A stretch of DNA of 25,896 nucleotides from a virus. Its lineage: Duplodnaviria; Caudoviricetes. Below are positions 24,719-25,896 of the stretch, in pieces. The stretch lies in IMG/VR virus record IMGVR_UViG_3300049182_000102, positions 1 to 25,896 of that record; one strand, given 5' to 3'. The translations under genes and the position numbers were made by a program. Below the pieces are notes generated by a model, which saw nothing but the letters and a program-made list of their open reading frames with translations, had not been told where the DNA came from and did no database searches. Position 1 is the first letter of the stretch, and each line of letters starts with the position of its first letter.

Positions 24719-24842
24719 GGGTAGTACCTATTGTCAAGTGCTAATTTTTTACCATGCGTGAAGACAAAATTAAACTCACGTGAAAATTAAATTGGTATAT
24801 GGCGCATAAAATATTAAAAGTTATTATATAGGGTAGTACCTA
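24719..24842 (+). repeat. Direct repeat GGGTAGTACCTA x2 in an AT-rich non-coding region
   Basis: Exact 12-mer at 24719-24730 and 24831-24842. Confidence 0.75.
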
Positions 24843-24892
24843 GACTCACTGGGTCCCTTCCCCCCACGGTTTCACGCAGCCAAAAAATTAGC

Positions 24893-24922
24893 TTGCAAGT
24901 TTTAAATACTTAGGTATATAAT
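24893..24922 (+). promoter_or_regulatory. Sigma70-like promoter
   Basis: TTGCAA-N18-TATAAT. Confidence 0.55.
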
Positions 24923-24996
24923 TGTTTTGCCGCATTAAACTGTACATCTGCACAACATTCTTATCTAAGATTTATATCAACTTTCAAACTACCACC

Positions 24997-25671
24997 ATGC
25001 TTAAAGTAGAACAAATTTTTAATCATTATTCCAAAGATACTGCATTCCTCGTCACTAGGTATCCCTCGCTGTTTGGGAAATATTGCAATATTCGTTATTG
25101 GGTGGAATCTCATCCCTATTTCGGCCAAAAACTGCGCCATCAAATACAAGATATTCAAACAAAAGAATGGTATGCTGCAAAAGACTCTTCTGAAGGCTAC
25201 AAAGACATCATTATCCTGCAACGTGTAATTGAAACCGACTACGAAAAGCACCCGTTCCTTGAGTGTGGTCATCTCAAACCGTTCTGCATTAATCTTTCCG
25301 ACCTCAGCTTGAACCATTTGGTTACATTCGCCGAATACTATGTTTTCTCAGAAGCTCAGAAACAAGTAATTATCAAACACTTTAAAAATCATAATGTTGA
25401 TGCTTCTTCTATTAACTGGAAAGATAATTCTATAATAGTTGAACCTGTTCAAGAGAAAAGGGTTCCCAACCCTGTCGGTCGGCCTAAGCTTACGCTTGAA
25501 CAACGGCAACTGAATGCAATCAAAAGAAGTGCGAAATACAAGGAAGATAGCTACTTCAATATCAGCAAAATGAAATTGGAAAATGTAAAAACTTACTTCT
25601 TGCAAATTATTGATTCAGGCGATGTCACGTATGCTGAAGTTTTGAAAAAGTTTCCTGAATTCTTTGAATAA
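24997..25671 (+). CDS. Hypothetical AT-rich gene with a GRP motif
   Basis: Long ORF. ATG 24997 chosen because the track's start overlaps the -10 box. Contains NPVGRPKL; no clear SD. Confidence 0.65.
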   Translation: MLKVEQIFNHYSKDTAFLVTRYPSLFGKYCNIRYWVESHPYFGQKLRHQIQDIQTKEWYAAKDSSEGYKDIIILQRVIETDYEKHPFLECGHLKPFCINLSDLSLNHLVTFAEYYVFSEAQKQVIIKHFKNHNVDASSINWKDNSIIVEPVQEKRVPNPVGRPKLTLEQRQLNAIKRSAKYKEDSYFNISKMKLENVKTYFLQIIDSGDVTYAEVLKKFPEFFE

Positions 25672-25689
25672 TCTTTATTAATAAACGAA

Positions 25690-25896
25690 ATGTCTAAAAT
25701 TTACCAAATCCACACTACGCTTAATTGTCCGAAAAGAAGGTTAGTTATTATAGATGGTGTTTTATGGAGCTTTAATAATGTTGGATGGATTCACTGGTTG
25801 TATGAGAGCCGGGATTGTAAAGGATGTGCTAACCCTGAACCGTTCGCCACAAAACTTGGAGATGCTAATGCAATATTTGATTTAAGCAACATAAAT
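25690..25896 (+). CDS. Hypothetical protein, truncated at the right edge
   Basis: MSKIYQIHTTLNCPKRRLVIIDG..., open to the end of the window. Confidence 0.5.
   Translation, partial: MSKIYQIHTTLNCPKRRLVIIDGVLWSFNNVGWIHWLYESRDCKGCANPEPFATKLGDANAIFDLSNIN

Overview
The window is about 26 kb of a long-tailed (siphovirus-like) phage or prophage genome, probably from a Gram-negative host, with two divergent arms. The minus-strand arm (about 20.7 kb to 1) carries ~25 small accessory genes, a VRR-NUC nuclease, and then a morphogenesis operon: terminase small and large subunits, portal, a 154-aa unknown, scaffold, P22-coat-like major capsid protein, a four-gene fibre/appendage-like insert, neck and tail-completion genes, and a tail tube gene that runs off the left edge. 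The plus-strand arm (from about 21.0 kb) is a probable early region of small acidic, DNA-binding and membrane proteins. The most striking signal is at the start of that arm. About 690 bp (21045-21738), covering part of a promoter, the leader, a whole 157-aa gene and its 3' hairpins, contain no TC and only three GA dinucleotides, each forced by an Asp/Glu codon. This looks like a gene selected to be invisible to, or unmodified by, a GA/TC-targeting activity. A 9-mer, TAACCACAC, occurs at least 12 times with strong strand bias and marks several early-gene ends. All family assignments come from motif recognition and gene order, not database searches, and all counts were made by eye.
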